Source: a virus
Lineage: Duplodnaviria; Caudoviricetes
IMG/VR virus record: IMGVR_UViG_3300025890_000097
Span: 1-29,388 of that record
DNA: 29,388 nucleotides
Reading direction: 5' to 3' (one strand)
Shown here: positions 9,073 through 18,597 of the stretch, one piece after another
Position numbering within the stretch: position 1 is the first letter of the stretch
Layout of the letters: every line of letters begins with the position of its first letter
The notes under the pieces: model-generated
Seen by the model: only the letters and a program-made list of their open reading frames with translations
What the model was told of the DNA's origin: nothing
Database searches by the model: none
Position numbers and translations under genes: made by a program

Positions 9073-10623
9073 TTACCTCGTTTCCTTTTGTATAAGGTCT
9101 AGTAAAAGACCCTGTAGTTTTTGTTTGTTTTTAAGTCTCTCATACATCCTATACTCCAAGTCTGTTGACTCGATGTGTATGACGTTGGAAGAGAATTTCT
9201 TACCTATCCTTTCAATGCGACCATTCGCTTGAATGTATTGCTCGTTGCTTGTCACTGGCCCATACCACACCACAGTAGATGCGGAGGTAAGAGTTAGACC
9301 ATGTGCCATAGTTGCAGGGTGAGCAATAAGTACATGTGGATTTACTGACTCTTGAAAATCATGGAAGATAACATTTCGTTTGGAGGCAGATACCTGCCCA
9401 TTCACAACTGCTACATCCCAAGTCTTTGAGAGTTCTCTTTCCAGCATGTTTAATGTTCCTGTTAAGGGAACAAAAACTATAACCTTACCTCCTACTTCTT
9501 CTATAATTTCTTTCACTACTTTAACTCTTGGTGAACAATCAACTTCAACATGGCGTCCATCGTCTCCGTAAACTACACCACAACTTATCTGTATAAGTTT
9601 CTGTAGCTTGACCGCCTCATTAACAGCAGTGATTGTTCCTTCCTCCTCAAGTTCTAAAACAAAATGTCTAAGCATCTTGGTGTAGTGACTCTTCTGTTCA
9701 GCAGTAAGGTCAACCTTCCTTGTCTGATATATTGTATCGGGTAAGTCTAAGCATTCCTCTCTAGTATATCTGACGGCAGGGTATAAGATGTGTTTAACTA
9801 TCTCTATTGATTCGGGTCGTGGTATCCACTTCCACTGACCTATCTTCATCATCACCGCTTCTTTGAAAGCAGTATATGTTTTGGTGCAGTATGGACTACC
9901 TACTAGCTTTGCTAATGCCCAAGCATCGGTGGGATCATTCGGGGTGGGTGTACCTGTCATCAACCACAAACGAGTTCTAGGATGTTTGTCCATGAATTTC
10001 CTGAGCGCTTTGAATCTATTTGTCGAGGGGTTTCTAAGAACAGCAACCTCATCTACAATGACAAGGTCAAACATATTAAGAGCATCTTCAGCTATGATAT
10101 TAAAACCATCGTGATTAATAATGTAGAAGTCTGCATCTGTGTTGAGTAACTTCTTACGCCTAGCACTTGTACCATGTAGGGTTACTGACTTTCTATTAGG
10201 GAAGTTCATAAAGATACTATCACCCCATACTCTTTCTAATGTAGATAGGGGAGATATAATTAGAACCTTCTTAACTTCTCCTATTTCCATAAGATAATCT
10301 GATGCCCACAAAGCTGACTGTGTTTTACCTGTACCTATCTCATTAAGTACCAATGCTTTCTTGTGCATTGTAAGGAAAGCAGAAGTCATTCTCTGATGTT
10401 CATAAGGTGTGTATCTACCTGTCCAATTATAATAATGTAGGATCGGTGATGGTACTTGGAATCCTAAGTTCCTTAGTACCTTTACTTCGTCAAGTTTGTG
10501 TGGTGCTACAACGAGTTCTGCTCCGTCATACTTTAGCATGCGTGCTGTAGGTATCGTTTGTAAAATCCGATTGGGATGCTTTGGATTAAGAGCAATCGCC
10601 TTTGCTTGTTCAATAACAATCAT
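9073..10623 (-). CDS. SNF2-like superfamily 2 helicase
   Basis: Motif I EIGTGKT, II VDEVA, III MTGTP, V HGLTL, VI QANGRIERIG. Confidence 0.9.
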   Translation of the reverse strand: MIVIEQAKAIALNPKHPNRILQTIPTARMLKYDGAELVVAPHKLDEVKVLRNLGFQVPSPILHYYNWTGRYTPYEHQRMTSAFLTMHKKALVLNEIGTGKTQSALWASDYLMEIGEVKKVLIISPLSTLERVWGDSIFMNFPNRKSVTLHGTSARRKKLLNTDADFYIINHDGFNIIAEDALNMFDLVIVDEVAVLRNPSTNRFKALRKFMDKHPRTRLWLMTGTPTPNDPTDAWALAKLVGSPYCTKTYTAFKEAVMMKIGQWKWIPRPESIEIVKHILYPAVRYTREECLDLPDTIYQTRKVDLTAEQKSHYTKMLRHFVLELEEEGTITAVNEAVKLQKLIQISCGVVYGDDGRHVEVDCSPRVKVVKEIIEEVGGKVIVFVPLTGTLNMLERELSKTWDVAVVNGQVSASKRNVIFHDFQESVNPHVLIAHPATMAHGLTLTSASTVVWYGPVTSNEQYIQANGRIERIGKKFSSNVIHIESTDLEYRMYERLKNKQKLQGLLLDLIQKETR

Positions 10624-10916
10624 TGGTCGCTCTCAATATAACTTACTACTTCTTGTATAGTTTCTTTATCGTAAACTAAAAAACATTTGCCACCTTGCAT
10701 CTCTATCTCCTTCATCGTTATGGTCTGTAACGCAGTCGGCTTTTTACTTTTATCAGCCTTGCATTCTATACCTACAAATCTACCCCTAACTATGGCTACC
10801 CTATCGGGTATACCTGCCTTACCGAATGGCCCTGCTTGAGGACTGTAAAACCAAACACCATGTTCTTTAAGTGCTTTATCTAACCAACGTTTAATTTTCC
10901 CTTCGGGGGTACTCAT
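10620..10916 (-). CDS. VRR-NUC domain nuclease (Holliday-junction resolvase-like)
   Basis: PEGKIK..GIPD..GRFVGIECK..PTALQ signature; 98 aa. Confidence 0.85.
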   Translation of the reverse strand: MSTPEGKIKRWLDKALKEHGVWFYSPQAGPFGKAGIPDRVAIVRGRFVGIECKADKSKKPTALQTITMKEIEMQGGKCFLVYDKETIQEVVSYIESDQ

Positions 10917-10947
10917 ATTATATAGTCTTTCTTTACAGAGATGTCAA
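10917..10947 (-). promoter_or_regulatory. Possible sigma70-type promoter before the VRR-NUC gene
   Basis: TTGACA (10942-10947) followed after 17-19 nt by TATATAAT directly before the ATG. Spacing is awkward and there is no SD. Confidence 0.35.
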
Positions 10948-10949
10948 CT

Positions 10950-11606
10950 TTAATTTAAAGAATATTCACAAATATTTTTTGCAGGGCAGAATCTACATAG
11001 ACCACTAGGTCTTGGCGGCCAGTTATTGTTTGCAACTGACTGGTTAATTCTTTCTGTTTTACTTAGTAACTTTACCCACATATCTTCTGCATCTAGTCTA
11101 GTGTATGTGTGGGAATCTAATGCCATATCCTTTAGCCATACAAAGGTTGACTGAACCTTTTTAATATTGGGGAAGTGACTGAATACCTGTAGTGCAAACA
11201 TCTCTAGCTGTGCAAAGTCGGGTCTTCGTTTACCTGTCTTCCAATCCATGACGATAGCTTTATCTTCAAATACAATTAAGACATCAAGGATGGATCGTAG
11301 CCATGCGTCTTTCTCCCACCAAGTTGTTGGTGTAAGGTTTTCATTCAGCGTGAGCTTCTGCTCCACTTGTAAAGTTCCACCCATATCCTCTATGCTTTTA
11401 CATAGAGGTTCATATGATTGTGATTCAGTAGGTAGTTCCACTTGTTTACCTAGTCGATGTTCAAGTGCCTCGTGTACTCTCTCACCATATATAGTGGCAT
11501 CACTACCTGTGTCTTTTACTTCTTTAGTTATCCTTTGATGGTAGTATCTTTTAGGACAATTCTCATACATCTTAATAGCAGAGAATGAGTGTGATATATT
11601 TGTCAT
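10950..11606 (-). CDS. PD-(D/E)XK exonuclease, Cas4/RecB-like
   Basis: SFSAIKMYENCP, GERVHEALE, ILDVL, MDWKTGK, QLEMFAL and C-terminal CRFCPAKNIC (1+3 Cys Fe-S staple). Confidence 0.85.
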   Translation of the reverse strand: MTNISHSFSAIKMYENCPKRYYHQRITKEVKDTGSDATIYGERVHEALEHRLGKQVELPTESQSYEPLCKSIEDMGGTLQVEQKLTLNENLTPTTWWEKDAWLRSILDVLIVFEDKAIVMDWKTGKRRPDFAQLEMFALQVFSHFPNIKKVQSTFVWLKDMALDSHTYTRLDAEDMWVKLLSKTERINQSVANNNWPPRPSGLCRFCPAKNICEYSLN

Positions 11607-11848
11607 GTAGACATCCTCCTTATTATATCATGCTTGAGCATCTCAAGTATAGCTATGGTTTCTGTACTGTTATCTAGCATACTAGAAAACCTTACATACT
11701 CACCATCTAACTTTACCATTACAAGAACTTCTTCTACTGTAGCTGTCTCTTGTATAGCAGTTTGAACTTTACCAAGTATCTCAAGCACTCTTACTTTTTT
11801 ATCTTTTAGTACCTGTAATTCTTTAGGTATATCATTTTCGTTTATCAT
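11603..11848 (-). CDS. Hypothetical protein
   Basis: ATGA overlap with the exonuclease start and 4-nt overlap with the polymerase stop; GGAG upstream. Confidence 0.7.
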   Translation of the reverse strand: MINENDIPKELQVLKDKKVRVLEILGKVQTAIQETATVEEVLVMVKLDGEYVRFSSMLDNSTETIAILEMLKHDIIRRMST

Positions 11849-13719
11849 TTTGCGTCTCCATAATTATAACCTACACCCGATTCACAAGCAACAGGTAAGT
11901 CCTTTGCCCAGCGGGGAGCAGTTGACATTCTTCTCTCAACGAGTTCTCTTGCGTGTTGCGTGTCGTGTTCCCGGGTCGTGATAATCACTTCATCATGTAC
12001 TTGAAATGCAACATGATATGACTGCCCGATTGATGCCATCTGTTCTGCGACTACGATTCTTGCCAAGGCTTGAACCACATTCTCTGTAACTTTACCTCCG
12101 TATATTCTAGTCCAGTCTATCTTACTCTGCTCACCAGTTAAGAGTCTTTGCTGTGTTAGTTTACGGAAAGTTCTAGCGTCAGATATATATTCAAATCCAT
12201 CAGAAGTATTACGCAACGCATGGTACTTTATCTTTAGTCCATTAGGTAAAGTTATCCCATCCTTATCATAAGGAAGTAGATTACATATGCTACCCGATGC
12301 ACCCGAGACCATGCCTGTAAGAGCATGACCACATTTATTCCATAGTGATACTATGTTATGGTTCTTCTGTCTGTATAAGTTTACAATTCTTATTGCCTCG
12401 TTCTCATCTATATCAACAGCAATACCACCTTGCCCAAGAGCAAGAGTGGCTCTAAACTTTACATGACCCATGCCATACCCGAGTCCAAGGATACAAGTTT
12501 TACCTACAAACCTTTGTATCTTATCATCTTTTGTTACCTTCTTGCCATAGACTTCAGTAGCAAACTCACTATACACATCTCTACCCTCACGGAATGCTTG
12601 CACAAGATCATCTTGTCCTGCGATATAAGCAACCATACGAGCCTCAATCTGTGACGAGTCACAAGCAATCATCACATCACCTTCGGGTACAGTAATAGCC
12701 TTACGGATTGCACCATTTCTAGGTAGATTCTGTAGGTTAAGTTTATCTCCACCACTAAATCTTCCTGTGTGTGCGCCATAGTAGTTGAGCATGATAGGTA
12801 ATGCTCCCCTGTCTGCAACCTTTATTAAGTTCTCAGTCCTAGTTTCTTCGATGGTAGACTTCGTGCCTAGTCTCGCCGCCACCAGTGCTTGAACCTTTGG
12901 GTTAGGATGTTCTAGTAGAGCAGTAAACTCTTTATCTGTCTTTGCAAAAGCAAATGTTTCTTTACCTGTGCGTAGGCTAGTCTTCATTGGTACTTCCACA
13001 CCAACAGTTTCTAGTATCTTTGCAAAGATTTGGTTAGACATAAGAGCCTTCTTAACTCTGTCCTCACTCAAACCTTTAAGTGTTAATGACTCTATAAGTT
13101 TCTTCTTATCTTCTTTAACCTTTTGAAGATGAGTAGATAAAACCTCCCTGTCCAATACAATAGTAGGCTGAGTATACATACGAATTGTTTGGTCAATAAT
13201 CATTAACTCAGACACAGGTACTTTAGGTCTAAGTTTCTTGTATAGTTTGTATGTTAAGTTTACATCCTGCAAACAGTAGTCAGCATACCTGTCAAGTTCT
13301 TGTGGTGAGAAGTCCTTACGTTTCTTACCCAATGCTTGTACAACTTCATCCCCTTTCTGTCCGAGTTTATAGAAGTTTGATAGAGCCTTGAGAGAACCTC
13401 CCACAGTAGAGTGATGATAAGGTCTAGCCATAGATAAAGTATCTAACCAAAACTTAGGCTTGATACCATACAACCAAGATAGGATTGCACCATCGAACAC
13501 AGTATTGTGTGCAAGGATAGCATCTTCCGAATAGTCTAACGAGTTTAGAAACTTACCAACATCGTCTCCACTATACCAATCGGGTGGGTTATCATCTACC
13601 TTTACACCTACACCTATGACCTCAAACCTTGGGTCTCTAACGTAGGCTTCAGTAGTCATCTTAGATAAGGAAAACTCACGACTATAATATGTTTCGAAGT
13701 CAATAGTAATTACCCTCAT
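11845..13719 (-). CDS. polA: Family A DNA polymerase with 3'-5' exonuclease
   Basis: ExoI IDFET, ExoII HNTVFD, ExoIII YCLQD; motif A DSSQIEAR, B RFVGKTCILGLGYG, C VHDE. Start moved to ATG 13719 (ATGA overlap, G-rich RBS). Confidence 0.95.
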   Translation of the reverse strand: MRVITIDFETYYSREFSLSKMTTEAYVRDPRFEVIGVGVKVDDNPPDWYSGDDVGKFLNSLDYSEDAILAHNTVFDGAILSWLYGIKPKFWLDTLSMARPYHHSTVGGSLKALSNFYKLGQKGDEVVQALGKKRKDFSPQELDRYADYCLQDVNLTYKLYKKLRPKVPVSELMIIDQTIRMYTQPTIVLDREVLSTHLQKVKEDKKKLIESLTLKGLSEDRVKKALMSNQIFAKILETVGVEVPMKTSLRTGKETFAFAKTDKEFTALLEHPNPKVQALVAARLGTKSTIEETRTENLIKVADRGALPIMLNYYGAHTGRFSGGDKLNLQNLPRNGAIRKAITVPEGDVMIACDSSQIEARMVAYIAGQDDLVQAFREGRDVYSEFATEVYGKKVTKDDKIQRFVGKTCILGLGYGMGHVKFRATLALGQGGIAVDIDENEAIRIVNLYRQKNHNIVSLWNKCGHALTGMVSGASGSICNLLPYDKDGITLPNGLKIKYHALRNTSDGFEYISDARTFRKLTQQRLLTGEQSKIDWTRIYGGKVTENVVQALARIVVAEQMASIGQSYHVAFQVHDEVIITTREHDTQHARELVERRMSTAPRWAKDLPVACESGVGYNYGDAK

Positions 13720-14021
13720 CTTGACCCCCCTTTGTTTATAGTAGGAACTTGTTCTCCTGCTAATGCACCATAGCCACACATGTCCACATAGTTGTCCACA
13801 TGTTTAGGGTTCTGCTTTATCCTAGCTATCTTTAGTAAGGCTAGCATAATCGGTACATCGTGGGGGTTAAACTCAACCCCCTTATATGTAGTCCACAACT
13901 CTGCTGTAACTCTAGCATTATCAGCAAAGTCTCCGTGGTCATCTTGTCTGTCCACCGATGTCAGCTTGTCTGCTTTCTTTAGTATCCTACCTCTTTTGTA
14001 TTCAACATTCTTTTTCTTCAT
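13716..14021 (-). CDS. DUF6378-like protein
   Basis: RQDDHGDF..LW..DV..MLALLKIAR..DNYVDMCGY pattern; start at ATG 14021 behind GGAGGTAAC. Confidence 0.7.
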   Translation of the reverse strand: MKKKNVEYKRGRILKKADKLTSVDRQDDHGDFADNARVTAELWTTYKGVEFNPHDVPIMLALLKIARIKQNPKHVDNYVDMCGYGALAGEQVPTINKGGSR

Positions 14022-14451
14022 CGTTACCTCCATGTAAAGTATATAATTCCACACCTTTACCACAATGTAAAGAGTGTTGATTACAAATGTTAACTGCTTG
14101 ACCTGCCGATGCACCCATAGCCAACGCACCTATAGCTATGTCCTTACCATCTCCAAAGGCACAGTACATATCTCGTTTGATAAGTTGGTTGTATTGTAAT
14201 TCATACAGTCCATCTTTCTTCACCACAATAAGTTGTGCCATGCTAGGTGATACATCGGGCATTACAGGTAGACCTTTAGTATACCATTCCGATAGTTGTT
14301 TGATGTAAGCTAGTAGACCTACACCTGTAATGATAACAACTTCTCCCTCGCTCGTGTCATACCAAGCCTTTGATGACTCCCATTTCTGAGAGCCATCGTT
14401 AGCCATTCTGTCAGTCGCAAGGGTCTTTCCATCCCAAGCTATTACTGTCAT
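14002..14451 (-). CDS. HslV/proteasome-beta-like Ntn-hydrolase
   Basis: N-terminal (M)TVIAWDGKTLATD, a Lys about 28 residues in, and AFGDG..AIGALAMGASAGQAV. Confidence 0.65.
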   Translation of the reverse strand: MTVIAWDGKTLATDRMANDGSQKWESSKAWYDTSEGEVVIITGVGLLAYIKQLSEWYTKGLPVMPDVSPSMAQLIVVKKDGLYELQYNQLIKRDMYCAFGDGKDIAIGALAMGASAGQAVNICNQHSLHCGKGVELYTLHGGNDEEKEC

Positions 14452-15566
14452 AATTTAGTTACCTCCTCAATTTTCATGCCACCTTCATGGTGATACGATG
14501 TATACTTATCACCTCGTTTCTCATCATGCCCTTCTTTCTCAAAGACATTGAATCTTCTACGCAATTCGGTAGACATATCTGTTAGTATTTTATGGACACC
14601 ATCGAACACTTCCTTGCTCGTAGGTTTTGATTGTTGGTAGTATCCACTCGGTGGTGTAGCACAGAACCCCAACAACAATTCTTTTGAGAACTCGTTGTTG
14701 CGTATTGAATGCTCAAGCAAATCAAGCCAAGCCTTGCTAGACCAATCGGGTTGCTTGTGGTGGTACATACTCTGCCCTTCTCTGTCTGCCCACACTTTCT
14801 CAACCAATGGATCAAAGGCACGAACCCTTGCCCTTGCCTTGATACCTCGCTTGAACTTAGCTAGTGCCTGTCTCCACACTTTACGTTCTTCGGGTTTCTC
14901 CACAAACTTATCATCGGGTCTACGATTGAGACACTCGCCAGTAAGTATGTTGAACTTTAACCCTTGAAAGAATGCAGGTGACTCTCGCATAGCCTCGCTG
15001 AACAAAGCATAACTACCATACCAAGCCTTGTCCTTTAAGTCTTTCATGGTATGCTCATCAGCATCATTCGGTAGAGCATGAGCCATCTCAATTAGACGTT
15101 GGTACTTAGTAGTTGTAGCCTCAATTACATGCTTGTTAACCGACTTGACATGGTTGATTCGATACAAACCTTTCTTGTGTCTCTCAATGTTGAATGGCAT
15201 CCAACGATAGCAAGAGGACACTAACGATTGTGAGTGCCTCCAGACTTCCTCGGGTGTACATACAAACTCCACTAAGTTGTCAGGTGTTATACGCATGAAT
15301 GGTTTACTTCCGTACCCTTCAATGTGCATAGTGTAAGTTACACCAACATGTTCGTCTGTGTGTTCCTTGAACAATCGAAAGCTAGCAGATATCTTCCTAC
15401 CTTTCTTTGGGTCACGACACCTTGCATACTCCCTTGCAAAGTCATCGTAGTTATCAAGCCTTCGACCACCATTGTTGCTGTCAAACCAAGTATGGTATTG
15501 GCTATCGTCTTTCGACTTCTTTACAATGAAGTCAATGACTTCTTGTTTTGTTATAGTATCTTCCAT
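14448..15566 (-). CDS. Hypothetical protein
   Basis: 372-aa ORF, RBS GAGGTAACT, ATGA overlap downstream. Confidence 0.8.
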   Translation of the reverse strand: MEDTITKQEVIDFIVKKSKDDSQYHTWFDSNNGGRRLDNYDDFAREYARCRDPKKGRKISASFRLFKEHTDEHVGVTYTMHIEGYGSKPFMRITPDNLVEFVCTPEEVWRHSQSLVSSCYRWMPFNIERHKKGLYRINHVKSVNKHVIEATTTKYQRLIEMAHALPNDADEHTMKDLKDKAWYGSYALFSEAMRESPAFFQGLKFNILTGECLNRRPDDKFVEKPEERKVWRQALAKFKRGIKARARVRAFDPLVEKVWADREGQSMYHHKQPDWSSKAWLDLLEHSIRNNEFSKELLLGFCATPPSGYYQQSKPTSKEVFDGVHKILTDMSTELRRRFNVFEKEGHDEKRGDKYTSYHHEGGMKIEEVTKL

Positions 15567-15574
15567 AGTTACCT

Positions 15575-16267
15575 CTACTTTCTTGTTAGTTTATTAAATG
15601 TTACAGCCGCAGTCATACTGTTTAAGTCCACGCCAAGTTCTTCTGATGTCTTAGCCTTTGGTCTTTCAGTAATCTTCTTGTGTCGTTCCTTAGCCTCATC
15701 GGGTAGCAAATCCCACAAGGGTTGCCATGCTTTGAGAGCAGGTGCTAGTGTCGTATAGCTAGTCGTTATCTGCCTAACACCCTCCACAAAATCATTAGCT
15801 TTTTTGTTTGCCTCAAAGATACCTTGCGTATACTTCTTGAATGGCTCGTGTAACCAATCAAACTTATCGTTACCAAAGTCTATCTCGTTACGATTGTAGT
15901 CCATGTAGTAACCACAATCTCCTGCCTTCTGCCATGTAGACTTAGGTGGGAATCGTAGTGGACTTGGTAGTTGTAAGTGCAAACTTACATTCTTCCATAC
16001 GGACATCTTACAATTTGCTGATTGCCACACATCTTCGGGTGCATCTTTGAACCCAGTCAATGGTAGGCTTTCAATCGTATCAAAGAACCCTGTGGGTAGA
16101 GCATTCATCTTTGCTTGGATGTCTGCTGAGAACAAACTGTCATACAGTTTCTTCGCCCATTCCATAGGGTAGTTCTTCTCTGCCTCTCGTATACTATCTT
16201 TGAACATAGCCTTCGCATTGTTCTCGATATCTGTTTTCAGTTGGTCTGAAAATCTTACTGTTGCCAT
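15575..16267 (-). CDS. Hypothetical protein, possibly Nmad5-like
   Basis: Start MATVRFS with GGAG RBS; C-terminal TTLAPALKAWQPLWDLLP resembles the Nmad5 T..L...WP...LLP pattern. Confidence 0.45.
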   Translation of the reverse strand: MATVRFSDQLKTDIENNAKAMFKDSIREAEKNYPMEWAKKLYDSLFSADIQAKMNALPTGFFDTIESLPLTGFKDAPEDVWQSANCKMSVWKNVSLHLQLPSPLRFPPKSTWQKAGDCGYYMDYNRNEIDFGNDKFDWLHEPFKKYTQGIFEANKKANDFVEGVRQITTSYTTLAPALKAWQPLWDLLPDEAKERHKKITERPKAKTSEELGVDLNSMTAAVTFNKLTRK

Positions 16268-16440
16268 GTGCTTTCTCCTTTGTTCCAATCATTACTTAAA
16301 CTACGAGCATGTTGTTCTGCCATAGTACCTAGTTCCTTGCGTATCTTCTCGAACGCTTGGTCGTTGGTCATGCCTAGTTCATCTAAGCATTCAACCAACA
16401 TTGTCTCTGCATCAATGCAGAGTTCCTTAACTTTACCCAT
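16255..16440 (-). CDS. Small hypothetical protein
   Basis: AAGGAGGTAACAATG start; overlaps both neighbours. Confidence 0.75.
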   Translation of the reverse strand: MGKVKELCIDAETMLVECLDELGMTNDQAFEKIRKELGTMAEQHARSLSNDWNKGESTWQQ

Positions 16441-16609
16441 TGTTACCTCCTTGTGGGTTAGTGATTGTCCAATCCGGTATCTCTATATAATCTCTAGTTA
16501 CCTTGTGTTTAAAATAGAGATACCCATTGGCTTGGTGCATAAACATATAGCCATCAAGTATCTCCTTACTTGCATACTCAAAGGCTTTGTGTACTTCTTG
16601 GTCAGTCAT
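16433..16609 (-). CDS. Small hypothetical protein (58 aa, not in the ORF track)
   Basis: MTDQEVHKAFEYASKEILDGYMFMHQANGYLYFKHKVTRDYIEIPDWTITNPQGGNNG*; GGAGGGGG RBS; fills the gap exactly. Confidence 0.75.
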   Translation of the reverse strand: MTDQEVHKAFEYASKEILDGYMFMHQANGYLYFKHKVTRDYIEIPDWTITNPQGGNNG

Positions 16610-17735
16610 TAGCTACCCCCTCCATGTAGACGATCTCACCCCAAGGTGCATCGCCCTTCTCGTTGGATACCCATAGGACTGGATACGCAGGTTCATCACC
16701 AAAGTCGTTACAACACAGGTCTGTGAGTACAACACAGCAGACAGGATCAATGTCCTTGTCTTGCATGTATCTGAAGATAGGACTGAAAGCAGTACCACCT
16801 CCACCATGTGGTGATATGACTGGCTCATCATCTTCAAAGCAGTCATAGTGACAGACTTCGGAATCAAAGTAGATGATGTGTATCTTGGTAGGAGATAAGT
16901 CTTGGTAGACTTTGATAATCTCACTCGCAAACTGAGTGAGTTCCTCCTCACCAATCGAACCCGATGTGTCGATAGCAAAGCATAGTTCACCTAGAGCCTC
17001 ACCCGATACACTCGGTAGATACATATCTTGTGACAAGAACCTTCTGTTAGGTCTCGCCCAAGTCCTAGTATCTGTTCGTTGCTTGACAAGAAACCTTTGC
17101 ATGACATCTTTCCAATTCACTCTTGGTTTCATCAAGTCACCAACGAATCGTTCAAGTCCTGCCGATAGTTTACCCATCATCTTTGCAGACTGAGCCGCTT
17201 GTGCTACCTTAACTTTCCAGTCAGCTTTCTTCTGCTCAATCTCAGCAGGAGAAGAACCCTCCCCTGCATCTTCGATGTCATCATATGGTTTCATACCATC
17301 ACCATACCCACCATCACCATCTTCGGGCATAGGTGGCAACAAGTTGTAGACACCATCGGTAGTACCACCACCTCGTTTGAGTAGGTCTCTGTCCATGACA
17401 CCACCTTCGATAAACTTACCAATGCCCTCGTCTTGTAGCATTGGATTAATCACAGCATCACCTGCATAGTTCCATCGCTTGTGGTCTCTGTCACCCTTAC
17501 GAAAGATGTGTTCAAACATTGGATGACACACCTCGTGAGCAACGAGGAACAGAAGTTCCTCATCACTCTTGGACTCACAAAAGCTAGGGTTAAACAACAC
17601 CCTCTCGCCATTGGTAGCCGCAGTTGGAATGTCCTCTGATAATTCAAAGGGCATGTTCATAGCCAAGTTACCAAAGAACGGATGCTCAAGTATGAGTGCC
17701 GTCTTTGCCTTAGCGATACGTCTTTCTAGTTCCAT
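16602..17735 (-). CDS. DUF2201-type metallopeptidase + vWA domain protein
   Basis: TAATNG, HEVCH (HExxH), WNYAGDAVIN; MIDAS DTSGS, GGGTAF, LTD. Confidence 0.9.
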   Translation of the reverse strand: MELERRIAKAKTALILEHPFFGNLAMNMPFELSEDIPTAATNGERVLFNPSFCESKSDEELLFLVAHEVCHPMFEHIFRKGDRDHKRWNYAGDAVINPMLQDEGIGKFIEGGVMDRDLLKRGGGTTDGVYNLLPPMPEDGDGGYGDGMKPYDDIEDAGEGSSPAEIEQKKADWKVKVAQAAQSAKMMGKLSAGLERFVGDLMKPRVNWKDVMQRFLVKQRTDTRTWARPNRRFLSQDMYLPSVSGEALGELCFAIDTSGSIGEEELTQFASEIIKVYQDLSPTKIHIIYFDSEVCHYDCFEDDEPVISPHGGGGTAFSPIFRYMQDKDIDPVCCVVLTDLCCNDFGDEPAYPVLWVSNEKGDAPWGEIVYMEGVAND

Positions 17736-18586
17736 TAGTTACCTCCCATAAATGCACCCATCTTATCCATAATAGCCTTAGCCTCTTCAGCCTTAGTACG
17801 TCTGAGGTCGGGGTCATTACGCAAAGATTCAGGGTGGTTGTTAGCTAAACTCCCCTCAACTTGTTGACGCATAGCCTCCAAGTTTGGGTCGTCAGCAAAG
17901 TTAAGCCGACTAAGTATTGAACAGACTTCCTTGGTATTCTCTACCAATGTGTCTCTGAACACAGACTTAGGGTCGGCAAGTTTCTCAGCCATGTGTTTGA
18001 CTCGGTCATACAATCTCTGCCAAGCCTCCTGCATAGCTTGTTGGGCAGAGTTCTCAACTCGTGCCTCAACATCTTGCTGTATCTTAGCCAACTCAGCATC
18101 ACCGATACTCACTCGGAAGTCATTCGATGGTACTGGAAACACAGCCATGTCCATACTAAACTTACGTTGGATATCATGGAGTGCAGGGTAGTCAGCCTTG
18201 TTGTACAAAGAACCAAGGAATCTCTGTGCATCTGCATGCAGTCTCGGATACTCTTGGTAGAATGTATCTACAAGTGATTGCCAGTCACCCTTCTCTTTCC
18301 TAAACTCGGTCATAAAGTTTAGGTAGTTAGCAGATGGTAACATCATCGTGCCTTCAATACCCCAAGGTAAGGTGTTCGCATAGAACTTCTTACGAATCAG
18401 AGTAGACTTCTGATGTATGTTATTGAGTGCATCATTCATAGGTAACAACGACTTGTTGTATCTACCTGCTTGTGTTGCACTACCATTCTGTTGAGCCACC
18501 TGTTCGGTGGCTCGCTTGTCGTACTTTCTTGCAGTCCATTGGGATATACCCAACTGAACTAACAACGCTTTATCACTTAGTTTCAT
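17735..18586 (-). CDS. DUF3150-like helical protein
   Basis: Start MKLSDKALLV behind GAGGAGGTAACT; W.ARKYDK, TLPW, YP...I..KF, LNF..DP.L motifs; sits between AAA+ and vWA genes. Confidence 0.6.
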   Translation of the reverse strand: MKLSDKALLVQLGISQWTARKYDKRATEQVAQQNGSATQAGRYNKSLLPMNDALNNIHQKSTLIRKKFYANTLPWGIEGTMMLPSANYLNFMTEFRKEKGDWQSLVDTFYQEYPRLHADAQRFLGSLYNKADYPALHDIQRKFSMDMAVFPVPSNDFRVSIGDAELAKIQQDVEARVENSAQQAMQEAWQRLYDRVKHMAEKLADPKSVFRDTLVENTKEVCSILSRLNFADDPNLEAMRQQVEGSLANNHPESLRNDPDLRRTKAEEAKAIMDKMGAFMGGN

Positions 18587-18597
18587 AGTTACCTCCT

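Noticed and set aside
10950-11606. Cas4-like nuclease as evidence of a CRISPR system
   Set aside because: Stand-alone Cas4/RecB-like exonucleases are routine in phage replication modules; no array or other cas genes.
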